Of a stretch of 64,000 nt of DNA, positions 40,687 to 51,303 are shown in pieces (the first letter of the stretch is position 1; each line of letters begins with the position of its first letter). The position numbers and the translations under genes were made by a program. The notes under the pieces were generated by a model that saw nothing but the letters and a program-made list of their open reading frames with translations, had not been told where the DNA came from and did not search any database. Origin of the DNA: an uncultured Candidatus Marinamargulisbacteria bacterium (GTDB lineage: Bacteria; Margulisbacteria; Riflemargulisbacteria; GWF2-35-9; DYQY01); NCBI GenBank assembly GCA_964643725.1, contig CAZXTL010000003.1, positions 34,555-98,554 on the forward strand, given 5' to 3'.

Positions 40687-41895
40687 ATGAACTTTGAAGA
40701 ATTTAATTTGAATCCCCTGATTTTGTCGGAATTGATAAAAAAAGGTTATGAAGCACCAACACCAATTCAAGAACAAGCAATACCAATAGTTTTGCAAGGC
40801 AGAGACGTTATGGGATTAGCACAGACAGGAACAGGAAAGACAGCTGCTTTTGCTTTGCCAATTTTACATAACATTGCACAAAGTAATATTAAAGGGAAAG
40901 TTAGAGCTTTAATCATTGCTCCAACTAGAGAATTAGTGGAACAAATTAATGATGCAATAATTGAATATGGTAAAAGGATTGGCATATCAAGCATGGTTAT
41001 TTATGGCGGAGTTGGTTATGCTAAGCAAGAAGCACAGTTAAAAAAAGGCGTTGATATTATTGTTGCGTGTCCTGGTAGACTATTAGATCACTTAGAATCG
41101 CACAAAATTGATCTTTATCATTTAGACACGTTAGTGTTAGATGAAGCAGATCATATGTTTGATATGGGCTTTCTTCCAACAATTAGGAAGGTTTTGAAAT
41201 TCGCCTCACACCGTAAGCAAACGTTATTGTTTTCTGCTACTATGCCTAGCGACATTCAAGCATTAGCAAATGAGACATTGAAAAATCCAACAAAGATATC
41301 TATTAAGGTTCATGAGAAATTAAATACTATTAAACATATGCTTTACCCAGTGCCACAGCATTTAAAAACAGGCTTATTGTTTGAGTTACTTAAAAATACT
41401 GATACTAAATCTATTCTTATTTTTACTAGGACAAAACATCGAGCAAAAGACTTAGACAAGAAGCTGCAAGCAAAAGGGTATAAGTGCACCTCATTACAAG
41501 GTAATTTAAGTCAAAACAGAAGACAAGAAGCGTTAGAAGGATTCCGCAAAGGAACTTATCAAATAATGGTAGCTACAGATATTGCAGCTAGAGGTATAGA
41601 TGTGTCTTTAGTTTCTCATGTTATAAACTATGACATGCCTGGCACCCCAGAAGCCTATACTCATAGAATAGGGAGAACCGGCAGGGCAGAACGTACTGGA
41701 GATGCTTTTACCTTTGTTTCAGATGAAGATATGTCTATGGTGAAGCAGATTGAAAGGAAATTAGGTGAAACAATAGAACGCATGAGGCTGGAAACATTTA
41801 ATTATAAAGAGATAAAACATGTAACAGATGTTCCAATAGTACATAGAACAAATAATAATAGACAAGGATATAGAGGGCGAGTAGGGAACAAATAG
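40687..41895 (+). CDS. DEAD-box RNA helicase (RhlE-like)
   Basis: PTPIQ, AQTGTGKT, PTREL, DEAD, FSAT, HRIGRTGR. Confidence 0.95.
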   Translation: MNFEEFNLNPLILSELIKKGYEAPTPIQEQAIPIVLQGRDVMGLAQTGTGKTAAFALPILHNIAQSNIKGKVRALIIAPTRELVEQINDAIIEYGKRIGISSMVIYGGVGYAKQEAQLKKGVDIIVACPGRLLDHLESHKIDLYHLDTLVLDEADHMFDMGFLPTIRKVLKFASHRKQTLLFSATMPSDIQALANETLKNPTKISIKVHEKLNTIKHMLYPVPQHLKTGLLFELLKNTDTKSILIFTRTKHRAKDLDKKLQAKGYKCTSLQGNLSQNRRQEALEGFRKGTYQIMVATDIAARGIDVSLVSHVINYDMPGTPEAYTHRIGRTGRAERTGDAFTFVSDEDMSMVKQIERKLGETIERMRLETFNYKEIKHVTDVPIVHRTNNNRQGYRGRVGNK

Positions 41896-41971
41896 AAGAA
41901 TCTCATTGAATTATCCATCAAGAAATTCCGTGTTGTTGTAAATACCCAAGGCATGATAAGTTATCTAAACT

Positions 41972-43774
41972 ATGATTACAGTAAATAAGTTAAATTTAGC
42001 ATATGGAAACCAAATTCTTTTTAAGGATGCAAGTTTTAATATTAATTCCAAAGAGCGTATTGGTTTGGTAGGAAGAAATGGTAGTGGTAAGACTACTCTT
42101 TTCAATATTTTGTGTAATAAACAATCAGCAGAAAATGGTGCTGTTTCTATTCCTAAGAATTACAGAATTGGGTACGTTCAACAACATTTAGCATTTAGCG
42201 CACATACTGTTATTGAAGAAGGGTGTTTAGGTCTTCCTTTAGGGCATGAAGATGATGTATGGAAGGTAGAGAAGATATTATTTGGATTGGGTTTTAGTGA
42301 TGAAGACTTGTATAAAGATCCTAAAATATTTTCCGGCGGTTATCAAGTAAGACTAAATTTAGCTAAAGTATTGGTTTCGGAACCAGATTTATTGCTATTA
42401 GATGAGCCTACAAACTATTTAGATATTGTTTCCATTCGTTGGATGGAGCGTTTTTTAGTAAGTTGGCCAAACGAACTTATTATAATTACTCACGATAGAA
42501 CATTTATGGATAGCGTAACCACACACACAATGATTATTCACCGTCAGAGGATGAAGAAAAACGAAGGTGGGACTGCTAAGTTGTATGAACAAATTGCGCT
42601 TGAGGAAGAAACATATGAGAGAACAAGAGCTAAAGATGAAAAACAACGTAAAGAGATGGAAGAATTTATCGCAAGGTTTAAAGCTAAAGCGAGTCTAGCT
42701 GGATTAGCACAATCTAGAGTAAAAGCACTTAATAGAAAAACAGAGATGTCTAAACTGGATAGGATTGCTTCCTTGGAATTTAGTTTTACAGAAGCTGATT
42801 TCCCAGCAAAGACTATTTTAAATACAACAAATGTTTCATTTGCTTATCCTCATAAGGAACAACTTATTAATGATTTTACTATAACCATAGCTAGAGATGA
42901 CAGAATATGTATTATTGGTAAAAACGGAAAAGGTAAAACAACTTTATTAAAGTTACTTAGTGGTGAGCTAAAACCAACAAAAGGTGAAGTTTATCCTCAT
43001 CCAAGTATTAAAATGGGGGTTTTTGGTCAAACAAATATTGATAGGCTTAATACATCTAAAACTATCGAGGCGGAATTAATGGCTTCTACTGGAGAAAGTA
43101 ATCCAAAGATTATTAGGAGCGTATGCGGGGCAATGATGTTTTCAGGGGACTTAGCTACAAAGAGTATTAAGGTATTGTCTGGGGGAGAAAAAAGCAGAGT
43201 TTTGTTAGGCAAAATCTTATTAACACCTTCGAATCTATTATTGTTAGATGAACCAACAAACCATTTAGATATGGATTCATGTGATTCATTGATTGAGGCA
43301 ATTAATGATTTTTCAGGAGCTGTTTTGGTTGTTACGCATAATGAGTTATTTTTAAATAATATTGCGAATCGTTTGATTGTTTTTAGTGAAGATGGGATTG
43401 AGGTTTTTGAGGGCACTTATCCTGAGTTCTTAGAGACAGTTGGTTGGCAAAACGAAATAGGAGTAAGCAAGAAAAAGAATAAAGTAAAAACAGAACCAAT
43501 AATACCTACTGAAACCAATACAAAAAAACAACAGAATGATATTAATAAAGAAAAAAATGCTCAAATAAGAATAGTTGAAAATGAGATAATTAAGATTGAG
43601 AAACGAATTGAAATACTAGAGAAAGAAATTTCTGATAATAACAATAAGATATCAGAAGCTGCTGTATTAAATAATGGGAAACTTATTGCTCAATTATCAA
43701 AGGAAAATCATGATTTTCAGTTAAAACTTGAGGATCAATATTCACTTTTAGAAAAAGAAATGGAAAAACTTTAA
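41972..43774 (+). CDS. ABC-F family ATP-binding protein
   Basis: Two ABC domains (GRNGSGKT, GKNGKGKT, DEPTN x2), linker, C-terminal coiled coil, no TM. Confidence 0.93.
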   Translation: MITVNKLNLAYGNQILFKDASFNINSKERIGLVGRNGSGKTTLFNILCNKQSAENGAVSIPKNYRIGYVQQHLAFSAHTVIEEGCLGLPLGHEDDVWKVEKILFGLGFSDEDLYKDPKIFSGGYQVRLNLAKVLVSEPDLLLLDEPTNYLDIVSIRWMERFLVSWPNELIIITHDRTFMDSVTTHTMIIHRQRMKKNEGGTAKLYEQIALEEETYERTRAKDEKQRKEMEEFIARFKAKASLAGLAQSRVKALNRKTEMSKLDRIASLEFSFTEADFPAKTILNTTNVSFAYPHKEQLINDFTITIARDDRICIIGKNGKGKTTLLKLLSGELKPTKGEVYPHPSIKMGVFGQTNIDRLNTSKTIEAELMASTGESNPKIIRSVCGAMMFSGDLATKSIKVLSGGEKSRVLLGKILLTPSNLLLLDEPTNHLDMDSCDSLIEAINDFSGAVLVVTHNELFLNNIANRLIVFSEDGIEVFEGTYPEFLETVGWQNEIGVSKKKNKVKTEPIIPTETNTKKQQNDINKEKNAQIRIVENEIIKIEKRIEILEKEISDNNNKISEAAVLNNGKLIAQLSKENHDFQLKLEDQYSLLEKEMEKL

Positions 43775-43812
43775 GAGCAAAAGATTTAGCCCTTTGCTCC
43801 TAAAATATACTA

Positions 43813-43914
43813 TTAATAACTGTGCTTTTTTTCTTTCTTTTCTAGTCTTTTTTCTTTAAGATTTTTAGTAGGTGCTTTTTTGTTTTCCTTTTTTGCCTCT
43901 TTTTCTTTTCCCAC
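43813..43914 (-). CDS. 33-aa Lys/Glu-rich small protein (absent from ORF track)
   Basis: GTG start after AAGGGAG; MGKEKEAKKENKKAPTKNLKEKRLEKKEKKHSY. Confidence 0.65.
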   Translation of the reverse strand: MGKEKEAKKENKKAPTKNLKEKRLEKKEKKHSY

Positions 43915-43998
43915 GATTTCACTCCCTTTCATTAGAAAACTAATTATGAGTATATCAAGAAATTAGCTCTAGATAAAGGCTTAGACGTTAAAAAGTTA

Positions 43999-45366
43999 TT
44001 ATTTATTTAAGGCACCTTTCATTATTTGTTGGAGAATATCTGGTGTTATTTGGCTTGGATTAGTTATATTTGATTTTTTTAAATAATCTTCTAAAAATTT
44101 AACGTTCACTATTTGTTCATATATTTTTTGATGTAAGTCTTGCATGTAGGTATGTTGAAAAGAAATGGTATTTATAACAGAAATAGAGAGATTATAATTG
44201 TCATAATTATTATCAATTATTTCAATACCTAACTCGTCTCGATGTAAGTATTGGTAAGTGCCATGAAAAGGTGTATTAATAGTATGTCTGCATATAGCTC
44301 CTAATGAAGTCATTTTTTTCATAAAATCAATAGTTTTTTGAAGTGATTGTTCTGTTTCACAATAATGGAATAGAATAAATCCACAAGTGATTTTTATTCC
44401 AAGTAGGTTTGATTTTTTTATAAGATTCTCGGCTTGAATAAGGTCAACAATTTTGCCTGTCTTTTTTTGAACTTCAGGATCAGCAGATTCAATACCAATA
44501 CTTATTCCGACACACCCTGATTTTATCATTAATTCTAATGTTTCCGGTCCAAAAGCTGATACGCAACAATTAGTTTTCCATGTTATTTTTTCTTCACTAG
44601 CAATTTTACAAAATTCGATTAAGCGAGTTTTATTTAAATTAAAGTTGTCGTCTAGGATAGAAAATTGAGAGTAACCTAATTGTTTATACTTTTGAATTTC
44701 AAGGCGAACATTCCCTAGGCTTCTATAGCGCATTGTTGCTCCCCAAAATGCTGATGAGGAACAATAAATGCAGTGGAAGGCACATCCTCTACTTGTTATA
44801 AGAGGAATATCTTTTGTTGGATATTTTTTTGGTTCCAAAAATGGAAATGGTATTTCGTCTAAATCAGCTATTGGTGGGGCTATTTTGGTTGTTACTAATT
44901 CGCCATCTTCAAAATATGCTAGGTTGTTTAAAGACCTGAATTGGTTAGATTTATTTATAATCTCCTGACAAAGTGCTAGGAATGCATATTCCCCTTCAAA
45001 TCTGACTATAAAATCTATAGCTAGTGTTTTTAGAAGATACTTATAATCATAGCTAGCATAAACACCACCAACTATTATTTTGGCGGTTGGAACTATCCTT
45101 TTTATTTTAGGTATTATTGTTTTCAAATGAGACATATTAAATGTATAGCAACTTAATCCGACAATAAGAGGTTTTTGAGTTTCTAAATTAATAAATAGTG
45201 TACTTTCTGCATCGACATTTAAGTCAATAATTGTTGTAGAAATTTTCTTTTGTATTAAAGTGGATGCTAAATATCCTAGCCCTAAAGAGGGTTCTATTAT
45301 GCATTTAGTCGCAAATTTTTGATCATCGTTTGTCCAGTAAGGAATTTGTATTAATGTGACTGACAT
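43999..45366 (-). CDS. B12-binding domain radical SAM protein
   Basis: PSLGLGYLAS, IVGGVYA, FEGE, TSRGCAFHCIYC, DDNF, IGIES. Confidence 0.9.
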   Translation of the reverse strand: MSVTLIQIPYWTNDDQKFATKCIIEPSLGLGYLASTLIQKKISTTIIDLNVDAESTLFINLETQKPLIVGLSCYTFNMSHLKTIIPKIKRIVPTAKIIVGGVYASYDYKYLLKTLAIDFIVRFEGEYAFLALCQEIINKSNQFRSLNNLAYFEDGELVTTKIAPPIADLDEIPFPFLEPKKYPTKDIPLITSRGCAFHCIYCSSSAFWGATMRYRSLGNVRLEIQKYKQLGYSQFSILDDNFNLNKTRLIEFCKIASEEKITWKTNCCVSAFGPETLELMIKSGCVGISIGIESADPEVQKKTGKIVDLIQAENLIKKSNLLGIKITCGFILFHYCETEQSLQKTIDFMKKMTSLGAICRHTINTPFHGTYQYLHRDELGIEIIDNNYDNYNLSISVINTISFQHTYMQDLHQKIYEQIVNVKFLEDYLKKSNITNPSQITPDILQQIMKGALNK

Positions 45367-45394
45367 TTTTTATATATTACCATGATAAAAAATA

Positions 45395-45423
45395 AAAAAG
45401 CCAGGTTATTGGCCTGGCTTTTT
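45395..45423. terminator. Bidirectional intrinsic terminator
   Basis: A6-gccagg-ttattgg-cctggc-T5 just after the 69-aa ORF stop. Confidence 0.75.
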
Positions 45424-45447
45424 GTTGGAGTTAATTAAAGCTGAACA

Positions 45448-45657
45448 CTATCCAGCAACAAGAATACTCATAATACGAGGTTGATCTAATAGGTAATTAA
45501 TTTTATCTTGCATTGATACAATAAATAAATCAATACTAAGTTCTCTATTTAATATATCTTCAAGTTGATAAAGGTCAAAATTAGTGTTTTTTCTATTGAT
45601 TAGCTCTACATTTGCTATATATTCTTTTACCAGAGATGTTAATTCGGAATCATTCAT
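45448..45657 (-). CDS. Hypothetical 69-aa protein
   Basis: AAAGGAG SD upstream, terminator downstream. Confidence 0.7.
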   Translation of the reverse strand: MNDSELTSLVKEYIANVELINRKNTNFDLYQLEDILNRELSIDLFIVSMQDKINYLLDQPRIMSILVAG

Positions 45658-45866
45658 TATTTTCTCCTTTCCTGACTAATAAATTTTTATTTCAACATTA
45701 TTGCTAGGATAGCATCAAGGTTTTATATATGTAAATAATTTACGGAAATTTAATTTTAGTTAATAGTGAATAGTTAATAGTAAATGGTGAATAAAACAAA
45801 ACTAATAATTTTAAATTTAATTTTGGATTTTGATATTTGGATTTTGAGTTTAAATGCCAACGGCGT

Positions 45867-46985
45867 TTAGTAGTACATATAATAATGACATTTTATGCCA
45901 CCATTATATAGTTTTCTGCGTTTTTCAGAACGAATTTGTGTTAATTTGTCTAGTTGTTCATGAGGGCAGAGAACGTAATAATCCCAAGTAGGGAAGTTTT
46001 CTCTAAATACTTGCCCCATTTCTTTATATAAGAGATCAGCTTCTTCAGGAGTGATTAACCTTTCACCATATGGTGGATTTGTAATTATCTTGCCTACATT
46101 AAAGCGTGAGCGCGCTTCTTTTAGTGGTTGGTTTTGTAAGTAAATGTCGTCTAATCCTGCTAGTTTTATATTCTCTCTAGCTATTTTAAGTGCTTTCCAA
46201 TCAATGTCTGAGCCATAGATGTTATATTCAACATCTTTCTTAATAGCTGCGTTGGCTTCTTCTCTAGCTTTTACCCAAAGTTCTTTTGGTAAGAAAGACC
46301 AAGTTTCAGAGACAAATGAACGTTTTAAGCCAGGAGCTATATTTTTTGCCATCATAGCAGCTTCAATTAATATAGTTGCCGTTCCGCACATCGGGTCAAG
46401 TAATGCTTCCTTTTCCGGTTTCCAGCGACTTAACATAACTAGACCAGCTGCGAGTGTTTCCTTTAAGGGAGCTTCATTCATGTTTTCTCTATAACCTCTT
46501 TTGTTTAAACCCGAGCCACTGGTGTCTATACTCAGGATAACGGCGTTTTTCTCGTTCTGTACACGTATTTCATAGAGGGAGCCAGTTTCTGAGAGAATAG
46601 TCGTTTTGTGATATGCTTTGAGACTTTCTGCAATGGCTTTTTTTACAACAGCTTGGCTGTCAGATTTGCTAAACAGAGTTGCGTTTTTAGCAGTAATTTT
46701 ACTTACAGGAAAAGCATCGTTTTTACCAATAAAGTCACCCCACGGTAAGCTTTTAGTTTTCTCAAATAGCTCATCGAAAGTTGTAGCGTTAAACGCACCA
46801 ACCTTTAGCATTACTCTTCCTGCTGTTCTTAGCCAAAGGTTAGTCTGGCAGATTGCCTCAAGTCCACCTTTAAACTCAATTCGTCCATTATCAATAGTTT
46901 GTTCGGTATAACCTAACTTATTTAATTCATAGGATAGCTCTTTTTCAAGCCCCATAGTTGTCGTAGCGATAAGTGTTAATTCCAT
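45867..46985 (-). CDS. rlmL: THUMP-domain 23S rRNA m2G2445 methyltransferase (RlmL/YpsC-like)
   Basis: NLWLRTAGRV, DTSGSGLNKRGYR, APLKETLAA, DPMCG, TNPPYGER. Confidence 0.85.
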   Translation of the reverse strand: MELTLIATTTMGLEKELSYELNKLGYTEQTIDNGRIEFKGGLEAICQTNLWLRTAGRVMLKVGAFNATTFDELFEKTKSLPWGDFIGKNDAFPVSKITAKNATLFSKSDSQAVVKKAIAESLKAYHKTTILSETGSLYEIRVQNEKNAVILSIDTSGSGLNKRGYRENMNEAPLKETLAAGLVMLSRWKPEKEALLDPMCGTATILIEAAMMAKNIAPGLKRSFVSETWSFLPKELWVKAREEANAAIKKDVEYNIYGSDIDWKALKIARENIKLAGLDDIYLQNQPLKEARSRFNVGKIITNPPYGERLITPEEADLLYKEMGQVFRENFPTWDYYVLCPHEQLDKLTQIRSEKRRKLYNGGIKCHYYMYY

Positions 46986-47215
46986 ATACTTATTATTGCA
47001 TATCTTTTTAAATAGAGGGATAGAGGGATAGAAGAATGGAGGGATAGTAAATTCAAATAATGCCTAATCAATTTAATGGTAGAAAATCAAAATTTTCATT
47101 TGGATTTTAGTGATTTTTGATTAATTTGTTATTTGTAATTGGAATTTTGACATTTATTTCAGCTTTGTACTGTTTATTGGGAATAGTGAATGATGAAATA
47201 TGATAGAATTACACA

Positions 47216-48148
47216 ATGGATATTGAAAGTTTATCAAATAGGATATTAAAAAACAGAAAACAACTGGCTAAATGGGCGCGCAAGAATGAGATTACTTGTC
47301 TGCGCTTATATGAAAAGGACATTCCTGAATTTCCACTAATAGTAGATTGGTATGATGGTGACGTTGTAGTGTGGTTTTTTAAGCGGACAATTGATGAAAC
47401 TCATGAACAAGAAAGGGAATACTGCAAATTAGTTTCAGATAAGATTTTAGAAACATTTGGGATTAATAATAGTCAGCTTTTTGTTAAGAAACGTTATCGC
47501 CAGACTGCACAGTATGACCGTGTTAGTGATCAGGGATACACTAAAATAGTGACAGAGCAGGGGCTAAAGTTTGAAGTTAATTTAAGTGACTATCTTGATA
47601 CTGGTCTTTTCTTGGATCATAGAAATACGCGTGAAATGGTACGTTCTTGTGCAAAGGATAAGTCTGTTCTTAATCTATTTGCTTATACTGGATCTTTTAC
47701 TTGCTATGCAATTGACGGTGGGGCATCAAAAACAACAACCGTGGATTTAAGTACTCAATATACAGATTGGACCAGAAGAAATCTGCTATTAAATAATATT
47801 GATATTTCTAATCATCAAGTATTGGCTCAGGATTGTCTTTTCTATTTGGAGAACAATAGCGATAAATTCGATGTTATTATTTGTGACCCTCCAACCTTCA
47901 GTAATTCCAAAAAGATGAAGGATAACTCATTTGAAGTAGATAGAGACCAGACTAGGTTGCTGACGCTCTGTCATAATAAGCTAAACAAAGATGGCATAAT
48001 CTTTTTTAGTAATAATTTTAGAAAATTTGAGTTAGATGAGAGTGAAATGTCAGTTTTATTTCAGATAGAAGATATTACAGGAAAGAGTATTCCAATTGAT
48101 TTTAGAAATAAGAGAATCCACCAATGCTGGGTAATGAAAAAACTTTAA
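47216..48148 (+). CDS. Stand-alone RlmK-like rRNA methyltransferase (C-terminal half of RlmKL)
   Basis: NRILKNRKQLAKWA, RLYEKDIPE, YLDTGLFLDHR, LNLFAYTG, DPPTFSNSKKM, FSNNFRKF. Confidence 0.82.
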   Translation: MDIESLSNRILKNRKQLAKWARKNEITCLRLYEKDIPEFPLIVDWYDGDVVVWFFKRTIDETHEQEREYCKLVSDKILETFGINNSQLFVKKRYRQTAQYDRVSDQGYTKIVTEQGLKFEVNLSDYLDTGLFLDHRNTREMVRSCAKDKSVLNLFAYTGSFTCYAIDGGASKTTTVDLSTQYTDWTRRNLLLNNIDISNHQVLAQDCLFYLENNSDKFDVIICDPPTFSNSKKMKDNSFEVDRDQTRLLTLCHNKLNKDGIIFFSNNFRKFELDESEMSVLFQIEDITGKSIPIDFRNKRIHQCWVMKKL

Positions 48149-48161
48149 TAAGCAAGTGATG

Positions 48162-49457
48162 TTAAATCTGAGGGGGTGGTGGTGGTAATCTTTTTGGAGT
48201 TTTTGGTATGCTGAGCTTTATTCTACTATAAAGATCTCTTAACTTGTCTCCTTTTCCATGTTTATCCAAGAAATCCATAAGTAGCTTAGGTCCTTGCGAT
48301 TTAGGTAAAATCATCGATCCGTTATCTATAGCAAGTACTAAATCAGAGACAACTTTACCATTTGGAGAATCATGGACAGAATCATGATAACCATATTTTC
48401 CTTTTATTCCAGGATATTCCGAATAAGCTGTTATCCATTTCATTAATGTTTGTTTATCTTTCTTGTCTAAAATTGCTAAAAACGGCAAAAGTGAATAAAT
48501 AGAGAATGTTTTAGCAGAGATAGCGTCACTTATTTCTGCTAGTTCTGGTATTCCTATTTTACCAGAATAACTATAAATTGCTTCAGAAACACGAACTGAG
48601 CATGCCGAATAACCACCGACATGACCTTGCATAAAAGCAGTATTTAGTTGAGCATATAAGGCATTATAAAGAACATTTTTCATGTCTGCACTAAGTTCTC
48701 CTTCAGGTAGGCTTAGTAATGGCCAACTATATTGAAATCCTGACCCATCACAAGCAACGCCGTTATTAATAGAGTTACCTTTTCTATCTATGTAATTTGC
48801 TATGATTGTGTTTGCAAGAAGATTGTTCCAAGCTTTTTCGTTGACGTCAAAATACGCAACAACAAAAGCAACACCAGCTCTGAATTCATTAAATAGTCTA
48901 TTGATATGATAACCATTATTAAAGACATTAGTTTCTCTGTCTACCGTACCAAATAACAGGCCTTCTGAAGGGTCATACATTTTCTGATATCCAATTTTTT
49001 GATTATTTAGAAATTGATTAGCAAGGATACCAGCATTACCAGTGAATTTTTGAGCAACCATTGCAACTTTTTTAGATAAATTAGAATTATCACCAAAGGC
49101 GATTTCACTTCTGTCAGCTAATACAGTATCACCATCAAATCTAAGCCAGGGGATTAATCCATTCCAAGATATTTTCGGATCAGCTTGGAGTTTTAGTAAA
49201 CTGTTCATTACTTTCTCAGCTTCTAGCGCATTATTTTCATTTACTAAATACTGTAAATAAAAGCCTATTGAGGTTGGTTGTGACCATGGAGCTTTAGTTC
49301 CTTCACTACCAATAGAATCATATGGAAAACCAGAGGAATGTACTCCATGTAAATAATATGCTTTATTAATATTATAAAATTTTGGAAAGGAAATTGACCT
49401 TTTACCTGTTTTGCTTGAAGGGAATACTCTAGTAGCAATTATTTTGTATTTTAGCAT
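48162..49457 (-). CDS. Glucoamylase-like (alpha/alpha)6 domain protein related to beta-1,2-glucan-active / NdvB glycoamylase domains
   Basis: PTSIGFYL, GDNSNL, NEFRAG, GSGFQYSWP, GKYGYHDS, AIDNG echo conserved blocks of that family. Confidence 0.55.
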   Translation of the reverse strand: MLKYKIIATRVFPSSKTGKRSISFPKFYNINKAYYLHGVHSSGFPYDSIGSEGTKAPWSQPTSIGFYLQYLVNENNALEAEKVMNSLLKLQADPKISWNGLIPWLRFDGDTVLADRSEIAFGDNSNLSKKVAMVAQKFTGNAGILANQFLNNQKIGYQKMYDPSEGLLFGTVDRETNVFNNGYHINRLFNEFRAGVAFVVAYFDVNEKAWNNLLANTIIANYIDRKGNSINNGVACDGSGFQYSWPLLSLPEGELSADMKNVLYNALYAQLNTAFMQGHVGGYSACSVRVSEAIYSYSGKIGIPELAEISDAISAKTFSIYSLLPFLAILDKKDKQTLMKWITAYSEYPGIKGKYGYHDSVHDSPNGKVVSDLVLAIDNGSMILPKSQGPKLLMDFLDKHGKGDKLRDLYSRIKLSIPKTPKRLPPPPPQI

Positions 49458-49551
49458 TACTAATATATCGAGAAATTACTGAGTTAATCCCAAAAACATC
49501 TATATCTTATGAATGTTTGCATTTTATTAGTAGAGCCCTATAATTACCCTT

Positions 49552-51303
49552 ATGGATATTGAACTTTTATCTCCAGCAAAGGATTTAGAGTGTGGAAAAG
49601 CTGCGATTAGGTTTGGAGCAGACGCTGTTTATATTGGTGGCCCAGATTTTGGTGCACGTAAATCTGCCTCTAATTCGCTAGAGGATATTGCTGAATTAGT
49701 GAAATTCGCACATTTTTTTAATGCTAAAGTATATGTGACCATCAATACTATTATTTATGATAGAGAGCTTTTTAGCGTTGAGCAGTTAATATCAGATCTA
49801 TATAAAATAAAAGTTGATGCAATAATTATTCAGGACATTGGTATCCTTGATATGGACCTACCTAATATTGATATCATAATCAGCACCCAAACTACAAATA
49901 TAACTAAAGAGAAAATTAAGTTTTTCGAAGACTTAGGAGTAAAAAGAGTGATACTGGAAAGAGCACTTTCTTTGCAAGAGATAAAAGAAATTAGAGCAAA
50001 TACAACAACAGAACTAGAGGTTTTTGTTCATGGTGCGATTTGTGTTTGTTACAGTGGCGAATGTAATATGAGCTACAAAATGGGTGGGAGGAGCGCGAAT
50101 CGCGGGGAATGTGCCCAGCCTTGTCGCAAAGTATATAGCCTCACTGATAAAGACGGAAGTATTTTAAAACAGTCGACTAAACTTTTGTCAGTCAAAGACT
50201 TAAATCTATCCCAGTCCTTAGACGAACTAATTGATGCTGGTATTTCTTCCTTCAAAATTGAAGGTAGATTGAAAGATTTAAATTATGTAAGTAATGTGAC
50301 TGCTTTTTATAGGCAGAGATTGGATGAGGTTTTAACCGTAAAACTATTAAATAAAACTTCTGTAGGGGTTATTTATAATGATTTTGAGCCTAATCTTTCC
50401 AAAACTTTTAATCGTGGTTATACGGAGTATTTTATAAATAGAAAAAATAAAGTAAATTCTGACTTAATTTTTGATCAAGGAGAGTATATTGGTGAGGTAA
50501 ATCGAGTTGAGGGCAATAACGTTTGGCTAGATACTAAGATTGAACTTCATAATGGAGATGGGTTAGTTTATTTAGCTGAAGATGATAAGCAAGGATTTTT
50601 TGTTAATAAATTTGAAGATGGTTGTGTCACAGCTAATAAAGAAGTTGAACTAGCTAAAGGCACAAAGATCTTTAGAAATTATGATGCTAAATTTATTGAT
50701 AAATTAATCAAAAGTAAGACTACCAGGAAGATAGAAGTTATTTTTGCTTTAAAAGAGCTAAATGGGTCATATAAACTGGAAGTGCAAGATATAAATAGGA
50801 ATTCTTTGGTAACTACAAATATATTAAAAGATAAGATAGAGAATGTTGCACAAGATTATGAGGAGAGGATAATCGATACTTTGCGTAAATTAGGTAACAC
50901 CTTGTTTGTATGTGAACAAGTTATTTTGGATTTGAAGAAACAATATTTTATTCCTTTAAGTGATCTAAAACGTTCTCGTAATGAACTATTAGCAGGATTA
51001 ACTAAGTTAAGAGAGGAGCGGGAGCCAACAAGAACAGTTAGAAAAGCGATTTCAGTTAATAACGCGCCTAATCTTTTGGTCGCTAATCTCAATTCTGAGA
51101 GGTTGCTAAGTAAAGATAAAAACGTTGTTGAGCTCGGTTACTCTGAAGAGGCGCCACTTATGAGAACAAGATACTGTGTTTTGCGTGAGTTAGATATTTG
51201 TTTAAAAACAAATGATATTGCACAGCCACTTTATTTAAAAGATGAGAAGAATATCTTTGAGCTTAAGTTTGATTGTGGCAAATGTGAGATGACAATTTGT
51301 TAA
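49552..51303 (+). CDS. U32 family protein with long C-terminal region (RlhA-like 23S rRNA hydroxylation protein)
   Basis: ELLSPA, GADAVYIG, HGAICVCYSGEC, SANRGECAQPCR, KIEGR, LMRTRYC. Confidence 0.85.
   Translation: MDIELLSPAKDLECGKAAIRFGADAVYIGGPDFGARKSASNSLEDIAELVKFAHFFNAKVYVTINTIIYDRELFSVEQLISDLYKIKVDAIIIQDIGILDMDLPNIDIIISTQTTNITKEKIKFFEDLGVKRVILERALSLQEIKEIRANTTTELEVFVHGAICVCYSGECNMSYKMGGRSANRGECAQPCRKVYSLTDKDGSILKQSTKLLSVKDLNLSQSLDELIDAGISSFKIEGRLKDLNYVSNVTAFYRQRLDEVLTVKLLNKTSVGVIYNDFEPNLSKTFNRGYTEYFINRKNKVNSDLIFDQGEYIGEVNRVEGNNVWLDTKIELHNGDGLVYLAEDDKQGFFVNKFEDGCVTANKEVELAKGTKIFRNYDAKFIDKLIKSKTTRKIEVIFALKELNGSYKLEVQDINRNSLVTTNILKDKIENVAQDYEERIIDTLRKLGNTLFVCEQVILDLKKQYFIPLSDLKRSRNELLAGLTKLREEREPTRTVRKAISVNNAPNLLVANLNSERLLSKDKNVVELGYSEEAPLMRTRYCVLRELDICLKTNDIAQPLYLKDEKNIFELKFDCGKCEMTIC

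Noticed and set aside
45448-45657. 69-aa ORF as RiPP precursor for the neighbouring B12 radical SAM
   Set aside because: Separated by a strong terminator; no leader/core pattern, protease, RRE or transporter.
14918-47155. CRISPR array or DGR template repeat among the periodic tracts
   Set aside because: No constant repeat with unique spacers, no cas or RT genes, and no adenine-specific variable repeat pair.
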